In this document: positions 1 through 22,569 of the stretch, piece by piece | How the letters are laid out: every line of letters starts with the position of its first letter | Numbering within the stretch: position 1 is the stretch's first letter | Origin: Amoebidium appalachense | Lineage: Eukaryota; Protista; Ichthyosporea | Assembly (NCBI GenBank): GCA_963693365.1 | Contig: CAVNZM010000017.1 | Coordinates: 1,999,276-2,063,275, forward strand | DNA length: 64,000 nucleotides | Reading direction: 5' to 3' | Translations under genes and position numbers: made by a program | The notes under the pieces: generated by a model | The model's input: only the letters and a program-made list of their open reading frames with translations | What the model was told of the DNA's origin: nothing | The model's database searches: none

Positions 1-488
1 ACACCCACTCACACCTCGCGTATTCTTCCAATTGCCCTTGTACCGCACATTTGGCACGATAACGGTTATTCGTATAGGCCACTCAACACTTAGTATACTA
101 TAGTGCCTAATGCATGTTGCGCAAACTCATGTACCAGTCACACATACCTAAGAGGTTTACGCTGTTTACTCGAGGCATACCCAATATACATATTAGCGTT
201 TTGACACATACACACACCAACATGTACATGGGCATGTATATGCATATGACCACTGATGAATTAGTCGAAGACACACACATGCATGCACATGTTGGGATAG
301 CTCTGCGCCCCAATCAATACTTCGCCTAGTGCATGGGCTGATTTAAACAAAGCGAAAAAGTAACTTGGTGGTGGTGGACCGTGGGAACTAAGGGGTGGGG
401 AGCTGGAGGGGGGGGGCAGGGGGCGGGGGAGCCTCCGATGTCCCGGCAGTCGATCGGAAGAGAGCCTTCGGACCTCTAGCCCCCCCAG

Positions 489-564
<76 letters not shown>

Positions 565-1718
565 CCCCCACGTGCACCGCCTCCCCTCCGGATAAAAAGA
601 AAAGAAACTTGAAAAGAATCCTTAGAGACCTGGGCTGTCAGCATGAGGACTAATTCATCAATTCCGAAATCACAGCTAGACTCATGAGTCCTCACCAGTT
701 ACTCATATTGTCCAGCCCTGATTATGAAGCACACGTCGTTCAAACAATCACTGCACGCATAGTTCATGCCATGAAGTGTTTTCCCCCCATGAGTGTATAC
801 GGTATGCATTTGGATGATTCTTACAAGTTATCCGGGCCACTGAACTTGAAATGCCATGATATACACATGTACACGTGTCCGGCCACCAGTTTGGTTGAGT
901 GCAGTATACACACACTTGCAGGGATGTATGCTCCTTTAGAAATTGGGAAATTTGGGATTTTGAACGAGCGGGAAAGGGGGGGGGCGGGGGGGTACTGAAC
1001 GGTAGACAAATGTACTGTACAACACTTCTTTATTTTGGTAACAATACGCGTTATCACTCAATGGCTATAGGCTTCTCTGATTTCCTATCATATCCCCCCC
1101 TCCCCCCCCCCCCCCCCACAAAACCCTCAACCCCCATGCCCACTCCCCCCCCATCATTAACATCACCGCCACCATCCCCACTTCTTCCTCATTGCTGAAA
1201 CAATATTGAACCGAGAAAATTGCGCTGGCAACGAAAAAACTTGAAAGACAAAAACGACCCTGACACCATCAAAGCAGCCTAGTACAATTGCCAAAAAGCC
1301 AAAAAAAAACGCATCACACCACTCACACAAATAACTTAAAGGGAACACCATCTAGTAAAGTATCTAAAGAGCTTGCTCACCTTTACTGAAGTAAGAAAAA
1401 AACATCACTTGTTAAATCTAACATTATTCATTGTAGGTACATCGATAGCACAGCCTGCTGGTGAGTCACATCGACATCTCAGAAAAGTTGACCACCACAA
1501 CTCTATCGCATATTCCCGCACATACTTTAAACACCCAACATCTCAAACACACACATACAGGCAAAGAAAAAAAAGTAAAACAACCCAAAAAAAAAAAAAA
1601 AAAATCACGAAACGTGCCTATTCGACGACCCACCACGCCTACCACTAGAATACAAAGATACAGCCTTCGACACAATGTGTACACCCGCCAAATATTAAAG
1701 AAAACACCACGTAAGACT

Positions 1719-9440
<7,722 letters not shown>

Positions 9441-9776
9441 CTTGCCTGTGCAGCTGAACCCCACCCCGTAAGAGGAGTGCCAAGCAAAAGAACTGGAGTT
9501 TTTGATACTTCCAACGGGGATCATAAGACGACAAAACACGTAGGTAAGAGACTACAAAGAAGCCTCCCCCCCCCCCCCCCCACCCTCTTCCCCCCCCCCC
9601 CCACACAGACGCATAAACATGCACACATACCCCCTCCCCCCCCCCCCCTCCCCCCCGAGAAAAACAAAAACATGATCCCTACCAACCCCCAACCTCTTCA
9701 CTTCCACAACAGTCGTGCCCTGTTCCCTTCCCCCCCCCCCCCCCCCCCCCCTCCCCTCCCCTCCCTCCCCCCGCCG

Positions 9777-9810
<34 letters not shown>

Positions 9811-11059
9811 CCTTCTCCCCCTCCTTCCATAATATTTGAGGGAGGAAAGCCGAACACAAACGGAGTGCAAGAATGTTAAGAGTTAGAAGGGGAAAAGGTT
9901 TCAATGGTAGGCCAAGAATGTCTCATTGGTGAGTGGCTGAAAAGGGGGGGGTGTAATTGAGAAGTCCCTGACGAAGCAACACACGACACCAGGACGGGTA
10001 AACGAGACTACACTACACGTGAAGAAAATTCCGTGGGGACATTAAATTAGAGAAACGCTAGCTGGACGTGAAAAAAAAAACCCGCTGTACACATGGATGG
10101 TTTGCTTGAAATCCATTCTCGAACATCCAAGTCTCGCAAGAAACACCAACCACTAACATGTCACTTCGACTATTGCTATCCACACACAGCATCATTTTCG
10201 CATACACGCACTTATGCACAGACACGGCGCACCCATATACACACAAATAAGCTTACACCTACAAGCGCATGTGTGATTCAACAAGCGCACGGGTGTTTTT
10301 TTTGTGTCTGCACACTCACACACGCATGCAAGCCAGCTCCCGCACACAGGTATGTGCACAAGCCCACAAACACGTATACACATATCACTAAATGAAGCGC
10401 GCGCACGCTCAAAAGTACATGCACCTAGTATACGCAGCAGAAACCAGAGGTGCCTACCCACAAAGTAACCTCGCACGTACAGATCCAGCTGTTACTTTAC
10501 CATGATGTGCAGCACAACGAGACTTTCAAAGCGTAACATACCTCCGAATTTTTGTAGCCTTTGTCACGCCAATGTTAGTTCGTCGGTATAAACGGATGCC
10601 TTTTACCTGTCTAAAGTCTTTCACCTGTCTTGGCAACTACGCCTTGGCTCAGTCTTCGTTGGTTTGCGAGAGAGAAAAGACACTTCGACTGCAGAATGCA
10701 GTCTGTGATTGACAGGCAGCCTATGTTCCAGAAAGATTTATCTCTTCGCAAGTTGAACAAAGTTCGTCGGTATTGCGCAACAAAAAAACCCGTCGAGTAA
10801 TCGACTTCTAACCAGAGCTAGAACTCCCAACCGTCAATGTCGAATGGACACCACTAGCTATATATAGGCACTTCGAAGTCGCAAAACCTTCAAACACGGC
10901 CTAATTCAACCGCCAAAAGACTACCAACTACACGGATTAGCTTGACCGTCAAACTCTATCCTCTACTAAATTCAAATGCGCTCTCGCCCGCCACATGGCA
11001 AGTCTCGAGCTGTGGGCAGTCACCCTACAAAGTAGTGGCGACTCTGGGCGCTCTTTATT

Positions 11060-11195
11060 TGGGTGACGTCACAACAGCATACGTCACAGTGGCTCTTATC
11101 AGCTTTGCATCGGCCAATCAGACAAACGTGTTACCTGATTGGGCACTGGTCAGAACTATGACGTCACAGTTAGCCCAGTGCACTGCCCAACGTTA
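11060..11195. promoter_or_regulatory. Cluster of CRE-like (TGACGTCA x2) and inverted CCAAT boxes upstream of Vam7
   Basis: TGACGTCA near 11064 and 11159; CCAATCAG..CTGATTGG inverted pair at ~11114-11142; lies in simple-repeat-free sequence upstream of a likely 5' UTR donor (~10541). Function is inferred. Confidence 0.35.
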
Positions 11196-12419
11196 TGGGG
11201 TTTCCTATTTTAGGCAACCGTCGAGATACAATGCCTTATAATAGTGGGAATGAGACTACAGTATCGATATTCCTTAACCTTATCTTACAACATATCGTAT
11301 TGGTAAGCTTTTGCGTGTCTGAAATCCAATTTCTAGCTGGATGGTCAGCCGCGGTTAGTCACTCTGAGTGCTGTCTTTCCTGCGGCCTCCTTCTTTTTTT
11401 TTCTTTTTAAATGTTGCCGCAGCCACTTACGTAAGCCAGTGGGTACGGGGTTTTCTTAAAAAAAGGGAATCCGGGTCGGGTCAGACGGTACCGGTGAAAG
11501 CGGCTTACACTTTGTCTGCTTTGTGATCATTGGCGAGATGCGCACCAAACATGGCCCATAAAACGGCCTAGATGGAACGGGATGGGTAGTGTGTTTGTGT
11601 GTGTGTGTTGTGCGTGAGCGTGTATGTGTATGTGTGTGTGTATATCAAATTTGTGTTAACATACACAGTAGGCCACATGTATCAGGCTGAGCGGGGGCGT
11701 CGGTCCGCGGGGCCCAGGGGAAGGGGAGGGGGGGGGGGGGAAGGGTGGGGGGGGGGGGGGGGGGGGGGGCGCATTTTGGTCCGTTCATGAGCACCAAGCA
11801 GTGTCCCAAATCAGGTCGAGCCGCTAATGATTTTGAAATCCCCTCATAGTATTATTGGAGATACTCGGTACAACTCGGCAGCGTTGCTACAGGTGTAATC
11901 TATACATTACCACCAAAATTAAAAAAAAACAAAAAACACTTGCCTCCTTCACACTGATCAATCAAACTTAAGCATTAAACAGCATACACACGTGGCATTA
12001 GGCTTCTCACTGCAATACACATCAGCATACTTTTTATCAGATAATGTTAATGGATGATTAAAATTCTCACGAATAGGTAAACGGTGTGTTTGTGTGTGTG
12101 CGTCACAACGGTTGTACATTTGTCTTGTTTACAAAGTGTGCAAACCGACCCTAGTAAATCAAAAGCTTTCACACTTTCATAGTTGAAAGCCCCCCTCGCG
12201 CTCCCCCCAACCCCAAACCACCGCATTTAACACGCTGTGAATTTCGAACACCGGTGGACAAAACACTCTCACGCAAGTGCACATACCGAAACGGTTTTCT
12301 ACACTGTACACGTGCTAAGAAACAGTCACAGCCTGACACCGCTGCGGTGATGTGGGCAAAATAATAATAACAAAAAAAGCTAAATCCGAAAGGGGGCAAT
12401 AACGGTGGGGGGAAAAAAT

Positions 12420-12450
<31 letters not shown>

Positions 12451-12507
12451 TGCAACAAAAAATAACGGCGCCAGTGTCCCCGACTCCAGCCAGGCAACGG
12501 GCTGTGT

Positions 12508-12558
12508 TCACTTTTTCATCAAGTTCGAAAGAGTCTTGAGGTATGTCTGCAAGGGGTA

Positions 12559-12591
<33 letters not shown>

Positions 12592-14355
12592 CGATGAGCT
12601 CATTTCAACACAAATCGTAGGTGAGATAGTACTTCAGCTACACAATGAACCACCAAGTCTAGGGGGTGGGAGGCAGAGAGATCGACTGTGTTTGGAAACG
12701 ATAAGGATGAAAGGTTGTGTTTCTTTATGTCACCGGAGGCACGGGGATACATTAGAAACCGAACACTACAGACAAAAAAGAGAGAGAGGGGGGGAGAGAG
12801 AAATATGCGAGAGAGAGAGAGAGAGAGGGTGGTGGTGGGGGGGGGGGGGGGGGAGGGAGAAAGGGAGGGAGGGTGAGTGGGAGGGTGGAAGATGGTGTGC
12901 CTGTGGGTGTGTGTGTGTGTGGGGAGGGGAGGGGAGGGGGGGGGGGGAGAAGGGGGAGGGGGGAAATGGGGAGGGGGGGAAAGGGGGGGGGGGGGGGGGG
13001 GGGGAAAGGGGGGTTTGAAAAGCCCGGATGATCATATCTTCAGCAGGTGGACAGAAGAAGAGAACTGCGAGGAGGAAAAAGAGTGGGATGGGGCTGGAAG
13101 GGGCGAGTGTGTGTGTGTGTGTATGCCTTGGGGGGCAGGGGGCGGCCGTGAGGGGGGGGGGGGGGGGAGGGGGGGTTTGAATGCGGAACACGGTACGAAG
13201 TACGCATACACGACGAGAAGCATGGTGCAGGACACATGCAAAGGCAAACATTCAAATATGCAACATCAGCCATGTGCACAGTATGCGTCATAATCAGAGC
13301 CCATCCTCAGGGAGGACCCAAGTCATCAATTGCGTCTGAGTTTCGACCCCTTAGCCCTCGTATATACGACGCTCCAACACAGACAGCAGCATCACATGAA
13401 CTTGGGCGGGTCAACCCGTCTTGATCAAAGAAGAGCAGGGTTGCTTATGCAAGCAAGGTGAGCAAAACGGTGAAGATGTGTGTGCAAACTAATGCAGTGC
13501 AGCGAGAAATGCGTATGTGCTTACAGATGCACGACACAGAGCAACCATGCCCGGTTGCATGGAAGTAAAGCAGTCTCCACACAGTGGTCTGTCCTGAAAG
13601 GACACCTCTGAGAGAAGGGGGGGAAGGGGGGGGGGGGGGGGAGGGGGGGGGGGGAGTAGTACCTGTATCTTTATGTTGCTCCGTGCAGCCTGCAAGAATT
13701 CTTTGGCCGAAATGGTGCCGCTGTGATCCGTGTCCACACTCTCAAACTCCTGCTGCAGCCACAGGTCGTTGGGCTGCATTAAAAGGTCAAAATTTTGATG
13801 TTGAATCAGCAACCTCAGTCAAGTTTCAATTTAATCCTTTAAAGCCCATACTCTCAAACTCCTGCTGCAGCCACAGGTCGTTGGGCTGCATTAAAAGGTT
13901 AAAATATTAATGTTATACCAGCCAGCACAGTCAAGTTTCAATCTAAATCCTTAAGGCCCATACCCTCAAACTCCTGCTACAGCCACAGGTCATTGGGCTG
14001 CAATAAAATGTAATCTTTTTGAAACATGTCAAATCTTAACTTTAGAGTGTGCATAATAAGCAGAGTCCATCTAAAGGGAGGGGCAAGTCATTCACAGAAC
14101 CCCAGGTAACTTTACACACATACAGGGGAGGAAGACAGGGAGGAAGAGGCCCCTTTTTTTTTTTTTTTTTGGGGGGGGGGGGGGGGGTTTGAATGGGGGG
14201 GGGGGGGGGGGGGGTATGTGTTAGGGGATTGGAAATATGGAGGATACACCAAAGGACAACAACAAAACGTCACAAAAATGAGAAACCCGAAATCAAACAA
14301 TTTAAGTGTGCAGGCAGAAGACACTTGAACAAAGCCCATCATCAAGGGGAAAAAA

Positions 14356-14387
<32 letters not shown>

Positions 14388-14816
14388 ACCACAAAGCTGT
14401 CGCCCAATGAAAGAAGGATGGAACGAACCATAGTAGCATACTCGGTCTGCGATTGGTGCAAAGTCAGCAAACCGTATGACGGGAGCATAAGAAAGCATGG
14501 GTCGGACCTGGGCGCCAGGCCGCCGACCCGACTTCGCCGCCCACTCCCTCCCTCCCTGCGCTCCCGGCCCGCCCTCCCACCTTACCACACTCAATCATCC
14601 AAATGCATAAAACCACACACTCATAAACCCACCCCACCCATAAAACCACACACACCACATGCCGGCCTCAAGACACACATATCCACCACTCACACACATG
14701 CACACAGCCACACACACACACTAACTCAACATACACGTGCGCATACACGCACCCCCCTCCCCCCCCCCCCTCCCACACACAGACACGAACACACACACAC
14801 AGTCACACACCCATTA

Positions 14817-14859
<43 letters not shown>

Positions 14860-16943
14860 CAAAAAAAAAAAAAAAAAAAAAAAAAGGAGGTCACCAACCC
14901 ATCCCCACCACCACCACCATCAACCCACCCCTCCAACGCCTGACCTACCCCCCAATACGCATACACACCCCAACCACCCGACCACACCCATACTCCCGCA
15001 TCCCCCCCTTCCCCCCCCACCCCACACATACACACACCAACCACCCACCCACCCACCCACACACACACATACACGCCCCCCTCTCCCCCCTCCCCCACAC
15101 CTACACCTCCCCCCCCCCACACCCACACCCACACCCACACCCACACCCACACCCACACACCCACCCACACCCACACCCACACCCACACACCTGGTCAATT
15201 ATGCCATTTCCGTCGGTACCCTACAACTTGAAGCAAACACACCCACACCCCACCCACACCCACCCACCCACCCACCTACCCTTCCCCCCCTCCCCCCCCC
15301 CCCCCCCCACACACACGCACACACACACACACCTGGTCAATGTTGCCATTCCCGTCCGTGTCGTACAACTTGAAGCACAGCTCCAAGGTCTCATCCTCAG
15401 ACGCCCCAATCTTAGTCACCAGCGAGAGGCAGAAATCTCGTGTGTTAATCAGCTGGGGGGAGGGAGGGGGGGGGGGGGGGGGGGGTTTTGAGAAACAGTG
15501 ACAGAATGCCTTTGTGTGCCGCAGGTGAAATACAAAGAAAAAAAAAAAAGGGAAACGGGTAAACGAAGAGAAAAAGTGCCGTTAATGGCTTGTGCTATCA
15601 GGATAAGAAGCCGGCCAGGGTAAGCGAATCTTGTGGATGTACGTATGTGTGTTTCGTCGCTGGAGGGTTGAGATCGAGGGGGGGGGGGGGGGAGGGGGGG
15701 GGGGGGATAGGGAACATGAGAAGGGCAAGAGGGGGGGGGGGGGATGTGTTACAGAGTTTAGGAAGGACATCGTCATGCCGGAAAACGCTCATGCAGCTTT
15801 TGCAAAGGCACACACAGAGTCTGAAACATAAGCAGAGCCTCTCCTCAGGGGATGCCCAACTCAACCATTTTTGGGGGAGGGGGGGGGGGGGGGGGGCTAG
15901 CGTGGCCTGAAATCGATACCACATGCAAAAGGCAAAATGCACGGGTGATATACAATAACTTAAGGTCGGGAACTGGTGATGGTGTTTTTCTGGGGTGTGT
16001 ATGTGTGTATGTGTGTGCGCGTGCGTGCATGTACGTGCTTCAGTGTGCGCTTGTGCGTTGGGGAGGGAGAAAAGGTAGAGGGGGGGAGGGAGGGAGGGGG
16101 GGGGGGGGGGGAGGAAGAGGAAGGGGGGAAGAGAGGGGGGGGGGGGGGGGGGAGGGTTGTTGTTGTTGTTGTTGTTAAATACGTTGTCTGGGCCCAGAAG
16201 ATGCTGTGTCAGCTCCTGGAGTTCAGCCTTTTGGCTGGTGTCAAGAACAGACCCGGCCTTGGCAAGGAACGAGGGGGTGTCGATGTGGCATGTGCCCTTG
16301 CTCAATGCAACAAATTCCTGATGGGGGGAGAAGGGGTGAGTGTGCAAGTTTGTGTTGGCGGTGGGTGTGTGGGTGGGTGAGAAACACAACGAAAAAACAC
16401 TAACCGACAAGGCAGGGCAAAATACACATAAACAGGGCCCAAAGGGGATGACGGGGGACGTTTGGGGGGGGGGGGGGGGGGGGGGGGGGTTAAAGAATGT
16501 GCTACAGAGTAAACAGTACACGTCCACGCAGGACAACACGAAGGAGATGTTGCATACACAAACACACACAAAACGAACACACACACACGCACACACACAA
16601 ACACACACACATGCACACACACACAAACACACACAAAGAGCATGCACCATAGACAGAGCCCATCCTCCCACCAGGGCAGTATTGGAAGGGAGGGAGGAAG
16701 GGCAGAAGGGGGGGGGGGGGGGGGGGGGAGGAGAGGGCGGGAGGGGAGAGGGGGGGTTTAGAATGTGTCACAGAGGACGAGGTCCACGTGAACGACCAAC
16801 AACACATCAAAATCTGCAAAAGCACACACAAAGGGTATGCATTTTAAGTGGAGCTCATTCTCAAGGTAAAGAACTTGTTTCCAAAGGATAAGTCTGCGCA
16901 TGAGTGTATGTGTGTTGCCAGATGAAGGGGGCGGCTAGAGAGG

Positions 16944-16975
<32 letters not shown>

Positions 16976-17397
16976 GCGGGGATGTATGCAATACAGTGCT
17001 TGCATTGACTTTCTAAACCAATCGGCTTTTTACAGTCACAAAATTGGCCGGTTATGAGAAATCTAAATAGGAATCGTTTGCTTCGCGTAGAAATTGACTG
17101 TCAGAGTCAAACCGCCAACAAATTGCATCCCAAAGACCTGCCTTGCACCGATTGGTTCAGAAAGTCAGTGCAAGGAGAAGTGAGAGTAAATGGCTAAAAA
17201 GAAAAGAGTTTAGGAAGCAGCAGTAATGTTAATAAAGGGAAGATTATGGTAGTACAAAAAAGATCTTGGAAGCAGTAGTAATACACTGTCGAGTTGAAAA
17301 TATGGAGGAGACACCAAAGGACAAAAGACAAAACGTCACAAAAATGAAAAATGGGGGCGGGGGAGGGGAGGGGGAGGAAGGAGGAGGGGCGCCCGGG

Positions 17398-17428
<31 letters not shown>

Positions 17429-17814
17429 TCATGTTACATTATGCAGATCGAGAATCTTCTGGACGGTCAGGCCGGGCTTAGTCAGCTGACCAACCATCTG
17501 CTCGGACTTGAGTCGACCCATAACAGCTGATAGACGCTTGGAGGCTACAAGGGCCTTAAACGACTGTGATATTGAACCAATCAGATTGGGTCTCATTGCA
17601 CATATGGGTAGGCCCAGAGAAGTTAGAAGCCGTAGTTTAACCAACCACTGTGGCTTTTATTGTGGAATGGGATAAACCAAAAGGAGTAAAAAGGCCCCCC
17701 TCCCCCCTCCCCCCCCCAAACAACCAAAAAAAAAAAAGAAAAAGGAAAAAGGGGAAAAAAGCAAAAAGAAAAAGCAAGAAAAAAGACGGGGAAAAGAAAG
17801 AAGAAGGAAAAAAA

Positions 17815-17845
<31 letters not shown>

Positions 17846-19489
17846 GTTTAACAGAATACGACAGAACACTCACAGCTCTGAGCTTTCTCCTGGCGTTGAA
17901 TCTCTTGAGCTGCTGCAGTGCACCCTTCAGCTCAGCCGTGCTTGCAAGCTCACCAGTCATCCACGGGTGACGGAGGAGCTCAGCTGCACTGGGCCTCTTG
18001 CGAGGGTCCTAAAAAAAAAGGACGAAAGAAGTCAGAATATGGGAAAGAAGATAAAAAAAAACAGGGGAGCGGTGGGGGGGGGGGGGGGGGGGGGGAGGGG
18101 GGGGGGGGGGGGGTTAGAATGTGTATAGAGTAACGAAGAACATATTTATAAAGGGGGCGGGCGGTTGGGGGGAGGGGGGGGGAAGGGTTGGGAGTGGGGG
18201 GGGGGGGGGGGGGGGGGGGGGTGTATTGCATGCATTAGAGGGTTGGAAATATGGAGGAGACACCAGAGGACAACAACAAAACGTCACAAAATTGAGAAAC
18301 CCGAAATCAAACAGTGGGGGGGGGGGGGGGGAGGGGGGCGGGGGAATAGAGAAAAGAAGCTAAACAAAGGTAACAAGACGTAAGCGGGGGGGGGGGGGGG
18401 GGGGGGGGGGGTTGGACAAACAGCACACTTGAAGTGCAAAAAGCACCATGACCATGTGACGCATACAAAGACACACAGTCAGCCAAAAATGGGATGAGGC
18501 GGGGGGAGGGCGGGGGGAGGGGGGGGGGGGGGGCGAGGAGAGAGGGGGGAGAGGAGGGAGGGAGGGGGGAGAGGAGGGAGGGAGGGGGGGGGGAAAGGGG
18601 AAGAATTAAATAATACCTTTGCAAGCAGGTGGTCTTTGAGCAGCTGCAGGCACGGGGCAGACACAGAGGCAAACTCCTGGCCGTATTCGGGCTCTTTGGG
18701 GTTGCAGGCGCACCAACGAATCTCATCATCAGTCTCACCGTAGAAGGGAAAAGTACCGGCTAGAAGGATGTACATGATCACCTGGGGGGTTGGAGAGAGG
18801 AGGGGGGGGGGGGGTGGGGGTGGGGGGGGGGGGGGGGGGGGGGGGAGAGGGGGGGAGGGGAGGAGGGGTGAAACAGGGGAGGGAAAAGGAAGGGGTGGAG
18901 GGAGGAGGGGAGAAGGGGAGAAAGGGGGAGGGAGGGAAAGTGTGTAGGGTGGCGGAGGGAAGGGGGAAAGGAGAGAGGGAAGGGAGAAGGGACGGGTAGG
19001 GAGAGAGAGGGAGGGGGGATGGGGATGGGTTGGAGGGAGGAAAAGGGTGGAGGAGGTGAGTGATGGAGGTAGGCAAGGAGGGAAGAAGGGGGCAGGGAGG
19101 AGGGAAAGGGTGGAGGGAGCAACGGAGAGGGGGGGGGGGGGGGGGGGGGGAAGGATTAGGGGAAATGGGGAGGGAGGACGGGAGGGAAGGGAGGGGGGAG
19201 GTGTGGGGTTGGGGGGAGGTCCCTTTATTTTTTTGGTTCGGGTGGGTGGTGGTGGGGAGTCCCGGGGAGGGGGGGGGGGGGGGGGGGGGGGGGGGTAATT
19301 GTTAGAATGTGGTGCACGGTATATTACAATGGGTAAACTAATGAGGTGCAAAGAAAGAACACAAACACACATGCACTGCAATAAAAAGTAGATCCCGTCG
19401 TCAGGAAGGAGCCTTATGTCCTCCGGCAAAGAGGGGGAAGGGGGAGAGGGGGGAGGGGAGGGGGGGGGGGGGGGGGGGAGGGGCAGGGG

Positions 19490-19530
<41 letters not shown>

Positions 19531-20122
19531 CTGGCACGTAGGTGCAAATTATGGGAGGTTAAAGGCAATGGTTCAACGCTCATGTATGTAGGGTGTACCA
19601 ATTAAAACACTGCAAAATCACACCCAGCCAATCGGACGACCCCATTCATGAGAATGAATTCGGCTGAGAGACACCGCGGGGGGGAGGGGGAGGGGAGGGG
19701 GGGGGGGGAGGGGGAGGGAGGAAGGGCGAGGGGGGGGGGAGGGGGGGGGGGGGGGGGGGATCGGAGGGAATGACCGGTGGCATTATGTAGTGGCAAGGAG
19801 GGGGGCGGGGAGGACGGGGGGGAGGGGGGGGGGGGGACGGAAATAGGGAAAGGGCGCAATTGGAGGATGGGCGGGTTGGACATTGGGCATTGGAGAGAGA
19901 GGGGGGTGGGGGTGCGGGTGGGTGGGAAGGGGGGGGGATATACTCCCACACTCCAGATATCCGACGCTGTGTCATATGGCTTTCTGCAAAGACGCTCTGT
20001 GGGTATACGGTTAATGTGAGTAGGGCAGGTGATCAGGAAATGGTGGGAAGAGAGAGGGGACACGGGGGGCCGGGGAGGGGGGGGGGGGGGGGGGTAGAGT
20101 GACGAGGGGGGGAAGGAGAGGG

Positions 20123-20195
<73 letters not shown>

Positions 20196-20368
20196 TGTGT
20201 GTGTGTGTATGTGTGCTCGAGGGAGGGGGTGGGGAGGGGGGAGGGGGGAGGAAGGGAGGGAGGGAGGGAGGGAGGGAGAGAGAGAATGTGTGTGTGTGTG
20301 TGTGTGTGTTTGTGTGTGTGTGCGCACACGCAAACGTGTGTATGTACGTGTTTGTGTTTTAATTCAAT

Positions 20369-20402
<34 letters not shown>

Positions 20403-20745
20403 ATTTGAATGAGTACCTGTATGTAGTGAAGTCTGTGTGAGTGCTCAAGTGTCCACATATTCCTTTGTGTGTCAGATCAAGTGAAGTCATGTGAGGAAAC
20501 CTCTGTTATTTTGGGCCTGTAATCGTAGCAGCCCAACATGTGTGTGCAGAGAGGTGAATCAGAGTGAATGCTCTGCTCTGGTAGAGTAGAGAGGCACGGG
20601 AGGGGGGGCGGGGAGCAGGGGAGAGGGGGGGGGGGGGGGGGGGGGGATAATGTGTTGCAGAGCGTCAGGTACACAATTATGACGAACTACACATTTACGT
20701 ACGGACAACAAAGGGTGGGTCACCCGTTTGAAGGGGCGGAGGGGG

Positions 20746-20804
<59 letters not shown>

Positions 20805-22011
20805 ACTAACCTGGAGACATGTAGTTTGGGGTTCCACATGTGGGAATGAGTTTTTCACCGGGTGGGCATTCGGCGGCGAGACCAAAATCAGCCAGCTGGG
20901 TGGGTGGAGATTTTAATACTAAAAGTTAATATTCCAATATTCTTGTCTTTCCATGACCAAAAGAGGTCATGGTTGAGAGTTGCATGGTTTTCCGGACCTT
21001 AACCGTTGAATGGTGGTATGCGTTCTGAACCAATGGTCAATTCAAACCGAAAATCTCGTGTCGAAGTATCGAAACTTTATCTTTTTTTCTTGTTGGTGAG
21101 AATTTTTATATTATCATAAAGTGTATCACTGTATGAGCAACCCATTTTATATGAATGTCAATTGCAATGCAAAGGGTTACATTTCTTTGCAGAAGTAGGC
21201 AAAAACAACACCATCTAGGAAAACACACACGTCGGGAGATAACTCAATCTTGTTTTTCCTTCGGCAGCTACCATAACCCCCAAGCAATCAATTCCTCCCC
21301 CCCCCCCCCCCCCCCCCCCCTCCCCTCCCCCCCCCCAAACACACACACACACACACAGCCAACCACACACCCGACAGCCACTCACACCCCCATTATAAAA
21401 ATTTGACATAACTCCTCCCCCCTCCCCCCCCCCCCCCTCCCCCCCCCCACACACCCACACCCACACAGACATACAAACACTCTTAGAAACACGAAAACAG
21501 ACAGACAACCCACTCCCCCATACTACCCCTCTCCTCCTCCGTTCCCTAACTCCGCCCCCCTCCAGCCCCCATCCCTCCTACCTTTCCATCCCAACCTTAT
21601 GCCTTAAACCCCAAACACAGGCCTCCACCTCCCCCCCCCCCACCTCCCCCCCCACCACCACCACCACCACTGCCACCGCAGCCCACACCACCCCTCGCCC
21701 CCTTCCGGCCGCCCGCCAACATTAATCCCCTACACTCCTAATCTCCACCCCCCTCCCCCCTCCCCCCTCCCTCCCGGAACCAATTCCCCCCTTCCCTTCA
21801 CCTTCTCTTTACCACGTCCTTTCCTTCCATGGCCCTCGGGGCCTGTGTCCCCCCCCCCCCCTCCCCTCTCTCCCTCCCCCCTCTCCACCCTTCCCTTCCA
21901 CCTTCCCCCCCACCCTCCCCCAACCCCCCAAAAGGAACACACAGACGAACGGGCACACAGGGATACACATTATCACACACAGACACATACGGACACACAT
22001 GGGCACACACA

Positions 22012-22097
<86 letters not shown>

Positions 22098-22173
22098 TGT
22101 ATAAGTACACACACACAAACACTTACAACCCCCCCCCCCACACACAAACACTTTACCCCCTCCCCCCCCCTCC

Positions 22174-22253
<80 letters not shown>

Positions 22254-22538
22254 AACGACTTACCCCCCCCCCCCCCCCCCCCCTCCCCCCCCCCCCCCCC
22301 CCCCACCACACACACACACCTTTAGGGGTGCACCGAACAAGCTGTCGACCTGGCCCAGATTCTTTGTGTCTGCTACCAGAATGTTCTCTGGCTTGAGATC
22401 ACGGTGGAGAATGTTGTGCCGGTGGCAGTGGTCCACTGCACTCACAATTTGTCTGTGTGTGTGTATGGGGGGGGGGGGGGGGGGGGAAGGCGGTGCGGGT
22501 GTGTGTTTGTGTTGGCGTACGTGTGTGTGAGTGTGTGA

Positions 22539-22569
<31 letters not shown>

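Noticed and set aside
1-1300. Gene fragment at the left edge
   Set aside because: No recognisable motif or consistent exon chain.
15750-15821. Extra kinase exon (LCVCLCKSCMSVF..)
   Set aside because: Phase is incompatible; the flanking exons join directly into a sensible NCS-like sequence.
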